Source of the DNA: an uncultured Verrucomicrobiae bacterium
GTDB taxonomy: Bacteria > Verrucomicrobiota > Verrucomicrobiia > Limisphaerales > CAIMTB01
DNA: 64,000 bases
Assembly (NCBI GenBank): GCA_963841495.1
Contig: CAWJDJ010000019.1
Span: 41,053 to 105,052 of the forward strand
Direction: 5' to 3'
Shown: positions 38,036-46,160 of the stretch, in pieces
Layout: every line of letters begins with the position of its first letter
How positions within the stretch are numbered: the first letter of the stretch is position 1
Notes under the pieces: generated by a model
Seen by the model: only the letters and a program-made list of their open reading frames with translations
Databases searched by the model: none
What the model was told of the DNA's origin: nothing
Position numbers and translations under genes: made by a program

Positions 38036-41000
38036 GAATTTGATAGGAAACATTCGCGGGGGCTGGTGCATCGACGATTTCTGGTACGTTCACCGGCGAA
38101 TTCGACAATTCCATAAATGGACCGTCCTCGCTCTCCGACCTGAGCACGTAATAGCGGGTTTCCGGTTCAAAGGCAGGAGTCCAGGTCAGTGTCACGCTGG
38201 ATCCATTTCGAACAGCCGATCGCAGGATTGGCGGCCCAACGCCAGGCCAGCGAAGCGTTGGATCGCCCAAAATGCCGGCCGTGATTGGAACAGACTTGAG
38301 GACAGGATCGGATACACCAACTAAATCCCCTAGGTAATCAAAGTAGCTTGTTTGAAAATCGCCAAGATGATATCCTTGCGCGAAGCGACTGATCGATCCG
38401 CCCAGGTTCCAGCAGACCGCCAAACCATAGTCTTCGGTGGCGAGGAAGCTCTGCAGCAAGCCGTCGGAGTGAAGCTGCTGTGGAGGTTCCGGTTCAGCGC
38501 CCCGCAGATTCCAATCGCCAAACCACGAACCATGCAGTTGGGCGAATGCAACCTTCGGTTGATGTAGTCGATCAACAAGGCTCGCCGCGTTCACTGGTCC
38601 AATTTTGTCGATATTGCCGGAGCCCGACTGAGTGCCCCAGATATAGGTAAGGGACTTCGTGGCAGCAAACAGATCCGCTTGAGCAAAGCGGCTGGCGATT
38701 CCTGGGAAAAGAGGAAACACGACATGCTCGCCGAACGCATGCCTGTAGTCATCTCTTTCCAAGAATAACTGACTCGCAGGATCAAACGAAGTGTAACTCA
38801 ATCCTCTCGCCGAAACCGGAATGAGGCCCCGACGGAACCGGTGGTTCTTGTTGAAATACCGCCTGAGCAAGCCAATCTCGTCGACAGAGATCGGCGGATT
38901 TCCAAAGACCGGTAGATTTGCAAAATCAATTCGGCCAACGGCAATTTCCATGCGCGTATTGCCATCAGAGATTGGCGGCTTTTGGGGAATCGATCGATCA
39001 TCAAATTTGCCGTCCTTTTTGATGTTCAGCGTTATGGGATAGCTTACGGGCATTGGCGCCTTTTCATAGTCGCGTGCATCCGACCAGGAGCCGTCTACAT
39101 CTCCATAGTAGATATCCGACGACCAGGCACCAAAATGATTTCCCACGGAGTAGTAATTGTCGTGACCATCGGGTGCGGACATCCCAGTGTAAGGAACTGG
39201 AACGTGCCCGATCAGAATCACGACATTGAGTTCTGGAGGACTGTATTGATTGTACACGCGCACGATCTTCTGCTTGAGCTGATTGATGGCATCGATGTTC
39301 GCTTGACTCCAACTGGCGTCATCGTGGCGAGGCGCCGTCGCAATCCCATCTTCGGTCTCGGTACCATCTTCCACAAGCCACCCGTCCCCGATGAGATCGC
39401 TTTTGAACTGCGTCAACTCGGTGTCGAGCCTTTTGGCAGGGTCGGGGTCATGCACCAGCGAATTCTCAACGACAAGGAGCACTCTGCCGCGATTCAGGAT
39501 GGGAGGAGTTTGGATGCCCGCAATGACACCCGGGAGAAACGCCCCGGATGCGGATCCGTCCACGTAAAGCTTCTGGAAGCGGTAATCAAAGCGTGTTCCG
39601 ACTTGAAGGCGATTTTCATCTTCTTCGGCAGTGGAGTTTGTGTATGCAAATCCTCCCAGCTCAGCCAAGTCATGCCAGGTCGACGTGCCAGTTACGCGAC
39701 GTTGAATCTTTATTCCACCATAGGCGCGGATCCCGTAACGCCAATGGAAGGTCAGTCCTGGAGGACTGGCGGATTCTTCGGCATACATGGACTTATCGGA
39801 CTCGAGTCCGGTGAAGGATTCGCCAGGATAATTGAAGAGTTCCACTTCATCCATGACGCCGTAACAGCTGCTGGAGCCATTGGGGCGACTACCGACGCTG
39901 AATCCCGATCCGAGAACTGCGGTCGACGGCAGAGGCGTGGGTGATGGAGCGAACACGGCAACGCAGGAGCCGTCCTTCCAGATGCACCAGCGATTGTCCA
40001 GAACACCGAAGACAACCTCGCTCCATTTGCCGTTTAAGAATGCTGGTCCGCCGCTGAACGTGAGAGTCTCACTTCCCGCTTCAAACGTGGCTCCTCCGAC
40101 TGACACGCGAATGCCCAGTTTAGTGCCGCTTCCCCGGATCAGGAACTCGATGTATCCAGCAGCAGGGTTGCCAATCGGGTCCCCGACGACCAGGAGCGAC
40201 GCTTCGGTTCCACCAGGGAGACTCCCACTGGACCAGCCGTCGGGTTTGAAGAGAAGGCGGGCGCCAAAGCTCTTTGGGTACACACTGGCATGGCCGGCAG
40301 CATCGACACACGGGTAGCGAAGTAGCGCGCCTGCGGGAAACTTCACTCCCTTCCCGTCGAGAGTGTCCACATGTTCAATTCCTGAGGCCTGCAATGGCAA
40401 TTGTCCCTCGTCCCCGCGCAGATCATCCGTATCAAAACGGAAATGGGCCAGTCGTGTCGGCAAGTAGTCCGTGTTGGAGAGGGGATCGGTGCCTTCGGCC
40501 CGCTCTTCGGCGTCGCTCTGGCTGTCATGGTCGCTATCCACATCGTCGATGGCGGTTTCGGTGGATTCAGTGGTTCCATTGCCATTGGCGTCTTCGACGT
40601 AGTCGGCCAGGCCGTCGTTGTCGGTGTCGCGTGGACCCTCCGCGGCGGCGGCGGCGATTTCCTGGGGCGAGAGGGCCCGGGAGTACACCTGGAGGTCATC
40701 GAGTTTGACTCTGGCGCGGGAAGTGCCGGGGCATCCGCCGATGTAAAGCGGGTAGGTATTGTGACGGACAGGTGCCGGGAGGACGTGCTCGCTGTCCAGG
40801 ATCCCGTCGAGGTACAGGCGCAGGTCCATGCCTTCCTTGACCAGGGCGGCATGGGTCCACTGACCCAAGGGCAGGGCTCCAGTGCTGCCGTAGTTTTCAT
40901 TTCCATTGGCAGTGGTGCTCACGCAGTAATGGAGGCGGTCGCTGTCGGGACGCAGGAAGAGGGTGAAGGTGCGTTCCGTGACGCTGATCCCCTTCTGCAT

Positions 41001-44000
41001 GAGGGCCCTCCAGGTGGTTCCGTCGAAGCCCGCCAGCGGGTTCACCCAGAAGACCACGGAGAAGTCCGTATTGTTCTTTCCCACCTCCAGAACCGGAGCG
41101 TTCGCCACGGCCACCAGGTCATCGATGCCGTCCAGAACCAGGCAGCCGCCGACCTGGCCGTTGGCATCCCAAAGCGGTCCATTGGCAAGCGTTCCATTGA
41201 GGGCATTGGCGGAGCTGTCCGCGGCCTGTGTGCCGCCAGTTTCGTCGAATCTCCAAAGCCCGACCAGGCCGTTGGGATCCGGGCCCGCCGACGGGTAGTG
41301 GAAGCCGCAGTCGACGGTGGAGTTGAGTTCCTTTTGTTGATCGGCGCGCGTGGTGAAGTGGTACAGGCCGGCGGCAATTGCGCTCCGGCTTCCAACATCG
41401 GACAGCGACGCGAGGCTGGGTGAGGCGCCGATGGAGGGATAATAGTAGCGGCCGAGCGGGCCGCGCACAAAGTCCAGTGTCAGACCGGTCCTGGGATTGG
41501 AGCCAAAGGAGCCAAGACCACTGCGGAAGGCATTGTGGGAGACGGTTCCGTTCGAGACTGAAGTGGTGAGCGCGTCTCCCGCGAAGAGGTTGTCCCGGAT
41601 CAGCCACACGCCGGAGGTATCTGATGGACTGCTCAAGCTGAACGTTCTCGTCCGGAACAAATTGTTGTAGGCTGTAAACTGGACGGGATAATAGCCGGCT
41701 GTATACTGTTGAGAGATACTGTACTTCCCGTTCTCAAAGAGACTGTTGAACAGCGTAATGGAGATTCCCGGCTTACTTCCAGACGCAGCAAATCCCAAGT
41801 TACGAAGAATGCAATGGCTGACGGTGAACTGAAACGAGCCGTTGGATACAATGCGAATCAATTGTCGGCGGTTCGCGTTCGTTTCGCCAAGAACTCCAAC
41901 TTCGGTAAAGGCAAGATTGATGTCCGCGTAAGGCGTGCTTGAGTTGACACCCAAATCCAAAAGGCCCACTGTTCCAGAACTCGGGAACCATTCTGTTGGT
42001 GGATCCGATTTCTCTTGGACGGCGTTGTAACGTACAATCCTGTTGTAAGCGGTGGCGGTCCCCTGAGAATCCAGCTTGCCGCCGCGGCCCACGATGATCC
42101 CGCTATTGCCGTAAACGCCGAGGGCCACCCCGTTTGTCAATCGCAACGTCGCCTGATCCAGGTGGAGCACGGAAACACAGTAGTCCAGAGTAGGATAGTG
42201 ATATCCAAGATCCGGAGTATTGACATCCCGGATGTTTCTTGCCGCCAGCGTGGTGTCTGTCGTGAAGTCATTGGGCCAGACCAGGGGTCCATACGTCGTC
42301 AGTGACTTTAGATCCTGGGCCAGGTCCGGGCTGATCTGCGGGACCCCGGCATTCCGAAAGGCGCTGCCCGGGGCGAGATAGCAGGCCCCGGCGCCAATGC
42401 TTTCGAACACGCCCGAATCACTGGCGATTTCCTGATTCCCGGTCCCTCCGTAGGCCGGGATGGAGGTCACGTGGACTATCAGGCTATTGGTCAGATTCAA
42501 GGTGGCGCCATTGAAAAGGGTCCAGACATCGTGAAGGGTCAGGTGTTCCCCTGCGAAGGGAGTGTTGATTCCGGAGAATGCATAGGCGCCCGAATGGTCA
42601 ATCAAGACGTTTTGGAGCCTGACCGGTGTGATGACGGTGCCGGTATTCTCAATGGCGACGCGCGACCTGACGATCTGGCAATGCCGGACCACGTTCGATG
42701 GATTGTTCCCTTTAAAGGAGATTCCGTGATAGCCATGCTTGATCCGGACGTCTTCCACGAGGATCGGCACACCGGCGTCCACGAACCTGAGGGGATACCA
42801 GCCGTAGTCGACGTTGGAATCGGGAGAACCGGAGAGGACCTCCGCGCCAACGGTGTTGTCATCCTCTGCGGTGAACACCGCTGGAAAGTAGCTGGTGGTG
42901 GTGGAGACAAAAGGTCCGTTGACGGTGACGCCGTTGTAGTTGTTGACGTTCCACCGGTTGAACTTGATGACCGTCCCGCCCTCCAAGGTGGTCGTTCCCG
43001 TGAACCAGCAGTTCCCCGTGACGTGATAGGTCTCGTCGCACAAGAAGATGTAGTTCGGCGAACCGGTCAGGATGCTCGTGTAGTCGACCACAACACCGGC
43101 GCGTCCTGAATGGCTCTGTGCCAGACGGATCGGACGAGTTTCGGATGAGGCCCGACACCGAGGTCGCTTCAAATGGGGTGGGCAATAGGGGTCGGGTTCG
43201 TCCAGGTTTTGACGCTGCCCGGAACCGTGCGCCTTATCCGCACCCGTGGCGGCCCACATCCGGGCGACCTCGCGCAACGACTCGATGTCCGCTGGGGCGC
43301 CGGGTAACGCCAGAAGATCCTGCAATATCGCGGCGAACTGAACCGATTCGACCAGGATGGCGCCGTGTTTGTCCTCCGTTGGGATCCACTTCTTGCCGAC
43401 CGGCGGAAAGGCATCCGGGTCGCGCTCGGCGACGTCCTTTGCCGACCAGGCGAACGCCCGGCCCTGCGCGATGCGGCTGGGACCGAAATCCAGTTCCTCA
43501 TCGACCCAGTCCGGATCCGCGACACTCGCCCGTTCCACCGGATCTTCGATGCTTGCGAGCACCCGTTCGTGCTTCACCGGTTGGGGTGGGTCGAAGAATT
43601 CAGTGAATACGAGCAGGCGGGTCTTTTGCGGATCGAAGCCGAAATTGGCGGGCGATGGCGGCACCTCGCGGAGAACGACATCCGCCTCAATGCCCCTCTT
43701 GCGGTAGGTGTAGAGGACATCGGCATCCAGGCCGTTGAACGCCTTGCGATAGAGGACCTGGTTGGGCGGCAGAAGTTCACCGGACGCGTCCTGCACGGTT
43801 GCGAGGATGGCCTCCTGTCCACTGACCGGATCGAAGTAACCGATGGCAAGGACCGAACTGCGAAGACGCACGGTGTGCTGGATCTCGACATCCAGCGCGC
43901 CCGCGGGGTCATTGACATTGGAAAAGAAAATCGCCTGGTGCTGGCCATGCACGGCAACCGCGCCAGACTGCGTGATCTCGATCTCCTCCCGAGCCGGCGT

Positions 44001-44231
44001 CCATGCCTTGACCTCCTGATCGAAATAGTTCAGGCCGTCCTCGAGCTGAATCCAGGAGTTTGTGATCGAAATCAGTTCCCCGGAGTCGTCAGGCTCGAGC
44101 GAGATCCGTTGCAGGACATTCTGGTTGGGACCCCTTTCCAGCACGGTGACGTCATCTTCTGCCGCAGGCGCAAGCCGACCGCAAGCCATCAAACCGACCG
44201 TTGCCAGAACCACCAGCGAACTTTGCTTCAT
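38007..44231 (-). CDS. Giant secreted/lipoprotein-like surface protein (beta-helix region, two LamG-type domains, TSP3-like Ca-binding repeats, C-terminal conserved domain + Fn3-like domain)
   Basis: Single 2086-aa ORF (2074 aa from MKQSSLVVLATVGLMACG, a lipobox-like signal). Laminin-G_3-like block LVGLWRFDETGG...LDDLQVYSRALS. Acidic repeat DTDNDGLADYVEDANGNG...DVDSDHDSQSD. The native C-terminus is replaced by 8 IS-derived codons. Confidence 0.85.
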   Translation of the reverse strand: MKQSSLVVLATVGLMACGRLAPAAEDDVTVLERGPNQNVLQRISLEPDDSGELISITNSWIQLEDGLNYFDQEVKAWTPAREEIEITQSGAVAVHGQHQAIFFSNVNDPAGALDVEIQHTVRLRSSVLAIGYFDPVSGQEAILATVQDASGELLPPNQVLYRKAFNGLDADVLYTYRKRGIEADVVLREVPPSPANFGFDPQKTRLLVFTEFFDPPQPVKHERVLASIEDPVERASVADPDWVDEELDFGPSRIAQGRAFAWSAKDVAERDPDAFPPVGKKWIPTEDKHGAILVESVQFAAILQDLLALPGAPADIESLREVARMWAATGADKAHGSGQRQNLDEPDPYCPPHLKRPRCRASSETRPIRLAQSHSGRAGVVVDYTSILTGSPNYIFLCDETYHVTGNCWFTGTTTLEGGTVIKFNRWNVNNYNGVTVNGPFVSTTTSYFPAVFTAEDDNTVGAEVLSGSPDSNVDYGWYPLRFVDAGVPILVEDVRIKHGYHGISFKGNNPSNVVRHCQIVRSRVAIENTGTVITPVRLQNVLIDHSGAYAFSGINTPFAGEHLTLHDVWTLFNGATLNLTNSLIVHVTSIPAYGGTGNQEIASDSGVFESIGAGACYLAPGSAFRNAGVPQISPDLAQDLKSLTTYGPLVWPNDFTTDTTLAARNIRDVNTPDLGYHYPTLDYCVSVLHLDQATLRLTNGVALGVYGNSGIIVGRGGKLDSQGTATAYNRIVRYNAVQEKSDPPTEWFPSSGTVGLLDLGVNSSTPYADINLAFTEVGVLGETNANRRQLIRIVSNGSFQFTVSHCILRNLGFAASGSKPGISITLFNSLFENGKYSISQQYTAGYYPVQFTAYNNLFRTRTFSLSSPSDTSGVWLIRDNLFAGDALTTSVSNGTVSHNAFRSGLGSFGSNPRTGLTLDFVRGPLGRYYYPSIGASPSLASLSDVGSRSAIAAGLYHFTTRADQQKELNSTVDCGFHYPSAGPDPNGLVGLWRFDETGGTQAADSSANALNGTLANGPLWDANGQVGGCLVLDGIDDLVAVANAPVLEVGKNNTDFSVVFWVNPLAGFDGTTWRALMQKGISVTERTFTLFLRPDSDRLHYCVSTTANGNENYGSTGALPLGQWTHAALVKEGMDLRLYLDGILDSEHVLPAPVRHNTYPLYIGGCPGTSRARVKLDDLQVYSRALSPQEIAAAAAEGPRDTDNDGLADYVEDANGNGTTESTETAIDDVDSDHDSQSDAEERAEGTDPLSNTDYLPTRLAHFRFDTDDLRGDEGQLPLQASGIEHVDTLDGKGVKFPAGALLRYPCVDAAGHASVYPKSFGARLLFKPDGWSSGSLPGGTEASLLVVGDPIGNPAAGYIEFLIRGSGTKLGIRVSVGGATFEAGSETLTFSGGPAFLNGKWSEVVFGVLDNRWCIWKDGSCVAVFAPSPTPLPSTAVLGSGFSVGSRPNGSSSCYGVMDEVELFNYPGESFTGLESDKSMYAEESASPPGLTFHWRYGIRAYGGIKIQRRVTGTSTWHDLAELGGFAYTNSTAEEDENRLQVGTRFDYRFQKLYVDGSASGAFLPGVIAGIQTPPILNRGRVLLVVENSLVHDPDPAKRLDTELTQFKSDLIGDGWLVEDGTETEDGIATAPRHDDASWSQANIDAINQLKQKIVRVYNQYSPPELNVVILIGHVPVPYTGMSAPDGHDNYYSVGNHFGAWSSDIYYGDVDGSWSDARDYEKAPMPVSYPITLNIKKDGKFDDRSIPQKPPISDGNTRMEIAVGRIDFANLPVFGNPPISVDEIGLLRRYFNKNHRFRRGLIPVSARGLSYTSFDPASQLFLERDDYRHAFGEHVVFPLFPGIASRFAQADLFAATKSLTYIWGTQSGSGNIDKIGPVNAASLVDRLHQPKVAFAQLHGSWFGDWNLRGAEPEPPQQLHSDGLLQSFLATEDYGLAVCWNLGGSISRFAQGYHLGDFQTSYFDYLGDLVGVSDPVLKSVPITAGILGDPTLRWPGVGPPILRSAVRNGSSVTLTWTPAFEPETRYYVLRSESEDGPFMELSNSPVNVPEIVDAPAPANVSYQIRCHPIDSKT

Positions 44232-44436
44232 GAGGTCTGCCTTGCTGAGTCTATCCGATAGCAACACGGGCGCGGCAATTCAGGTCCCGAGGGGTAAAAT
44301 GGATCAAAACCGGGACAAAATGGATAAGTCGTTGTGATCCTGAGCGTTCGCTGGACTGTTAGTTGCTCAATTATGGCACTTTGCGACGAACAGCGCACCG
44401 AAGGTTCGACGGGCAACGCTAAAACTCCGTAATCGA

Positions 44437-44484
44437 CGAAAAAGCGTAACCGTCCGGCACGATGGGTCCGCCGGACGGTTACGC
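44437..44484 (-). terminator. Rho-independent terminator (minus strand)
   Basis: Perfect 14-bp stem gcgtaaccgtccgg / ccggacggttacgc with a 13-nt loop, followed on the minus strand by TTTTTCG. Confidence 0.65.
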
Positions 44485-44660
44485 ACCAGGTGCAGGTTTC
44501 CATCAGTCGGTGCATTCTCGATCTCGAGGTCGTTGCCAAAGCCGCTGAACCGACGGACCTACGCAATCAAATTGTATTTCTCTGAAGGATTCGCTGCCGG
44601 GTGCGAAACGATCGATCACCCTGTTCGACCTCCGCCAATTTGCGTCGCCCGTGATGGAAA

Positions 44661-45371
44661 TGAGGCTCTGTAGCAGGATTTGTGGGTGAAAGTCGCGCAG
44701 TTTGGAAGGGGTCGTGCGCCGGGAGAAGATGGCGGCCTTCGGCCGGGGTGTTGGATGAGTTTACCGCTTTACGCCATGGATTGCGGAGGCATCCCGGGCC
44801 GAGGTTTGACCGGCCCGGGACGGGACGGGATGCGGAACCGCATTCCACGGAAGGCTCGGCCGCTCGGGTTGCACTCCTGCATTGCCCGATCCTCCGAACC
44901 GCGGGGAGAAGGTAAGCACAGCGTCCAGGCGTAGGAAGGCCGAAGGCAGGGAGCGGCAGTCGGGTTCGCGGCCGAGCTCGTGCCAAGCTGCAGTCCCTGT
45001 TGGCCAGCCGCCTGGCCACCGCGCGGGCGTGGAATCTCAAGGAGACCTTCCAGCACTTCTGGACCTATCGCTCGGTGCACTGGGCAGGTGGGTTCTTGGA
45101 CTACTGGTGCCAGCGGGCGATGCGCAGCCCCCTGGACCCCATGAAGAAAATCGCCCGTATGTTACGTACCCACGAGGAACTCCTGCTCAACTGATTTCGG
45201 GCTCGGGGCGAAGTCTCCAGCGGCGCGGTCGAGGGACTCAACAACAAGATCCGAGTGGTCACCAGACGTTCCTACGGCTTCCGTACATACCGCGGCATGG
45301 AACTCGCGCTCTACCACAACCTTGGACGTCTACCCGAGCCTCCGCTCACCCACAGATTCTGCTGAGGAGGC
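44661..45371 (+). mobile_element. Internally deleted ISL3-family element retaining both inverted repeats
   Basis: Left IR ggctctgtagcaggatttgtgggtga versus the reverse complement of the right end gcctcctcagcagaatctgtgggtga. Only the transposase C-terminal ~110 codons remain. The empty site is visible in unit 1 at ~30655 (gtgatggaaa|cgatagg). Confidence 0.8.
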
Positions 45372-45431
45372 GGAAACGATAGGCGAGCGAGCAGCTTCCC
45401 TCACACATTTTCCGGAACGTATCAACCGCCA

Positions 45432-46160
45432 TCATGAGCAATTCACCTTCGGGCGACACTTCCTCACTTTGTCAACCAGCCAGAGGATGCCGCCGCCAAC
45501 AAGCACCAACGTGCCGTTCCCCGGCTCTGGGATGACCGGGTCGGGTGAAAACCGAATGCTGTCGATGGCATTGTAGTTTCCCGGCTGATTGTAAGCGCCG
45601 AGGATCTGGGTCAACTTCAGTTCCACCTGCTGACCAGCCCATGGCGAAACATCCACGGCGACATCCTGGAAAGTCAGGCTGGTATTCTGAGGGTCCCATC
45701 CGTTGAGAGGGAGTTGAATACCGTTGATGCGCACATCCCAAGATCCTCCCACGGCTTGATAGTGCAGTGACTTCGAATCTGCCGGAACGTCCCCGACTTG
45801 GAGCAGCGAAGCCGCAGAGTCGGGAAAAGCAGGCCGCGTCGCCAGGAATGCAAATTTTCCTTCGGCCGGCAGTCCTTGGGGTGTTGAAGTTCCATCGTAC
45901 AGTGATTGCGACCCAAAGTCTCCAGGCTGGAGGCCGAAAAAAACAGTGTTTTTCTCGACGCCATTGCCAAACAGGCGCCATCCGGGCAACCAGTACTCTG
46001 TGAGCCCAGCGCTCACGCCATCAAGACCAGGGGGAACCACTACGCCAATGGTCGTGTCGCCTTCGTCGAAGTCCAAGTTTACGAATGCACTGGCTATCCC
46101 TGGCGTGCTCCAACTCAATGCGCCGGCAATGGATAGAGCTATCTGCAGTTTGAGTTTCAT
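45432..46160 (-). CDS. PEP-CTERM-anchored secreted protein, paralog 3
   Basis: Signal peptide and intact anchor (VIPEPGNGTLVLVGGGILWLVDKVRK). The N-terminal third matches paralog 2 and the middle is the most divergent of the three. Start overlaps the upstream fragment stop (ATGA). Confidence 0.85.
   Translation of the reverse strand: MKLKLQIALSIAGALSWSTPGIASAFVNLDFDEGDTTIGVVVPPGLDGVSAGLTEYWLPGWRLFGNGVEKNTVFFGLQPGDFGSQSLYDGTSTPQGLPAEGKFAFLATRPAFPDSAASLLQVGDVPADSKSLHYQAVGGSWDVRINGIQLPLNGWDPQNTSLTFQDVAVDVSPWAGQQVELKLTQILGAYNQPGNYNAIDSIRFSPDPVIPEPGNGTLVLVGGGILWLVDKVRKCRPKVNCS

Noticed and set aside
38961-39100. Diversity-generating retroelement (DGR) as the explanation for the variable patch in the giant-gene paralogs.
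   Set aside because: Differences between copies include indels and changes at all four bases, not adenine-specific substitutions. The window has no reverse transcriptase or template-repeat architecture.
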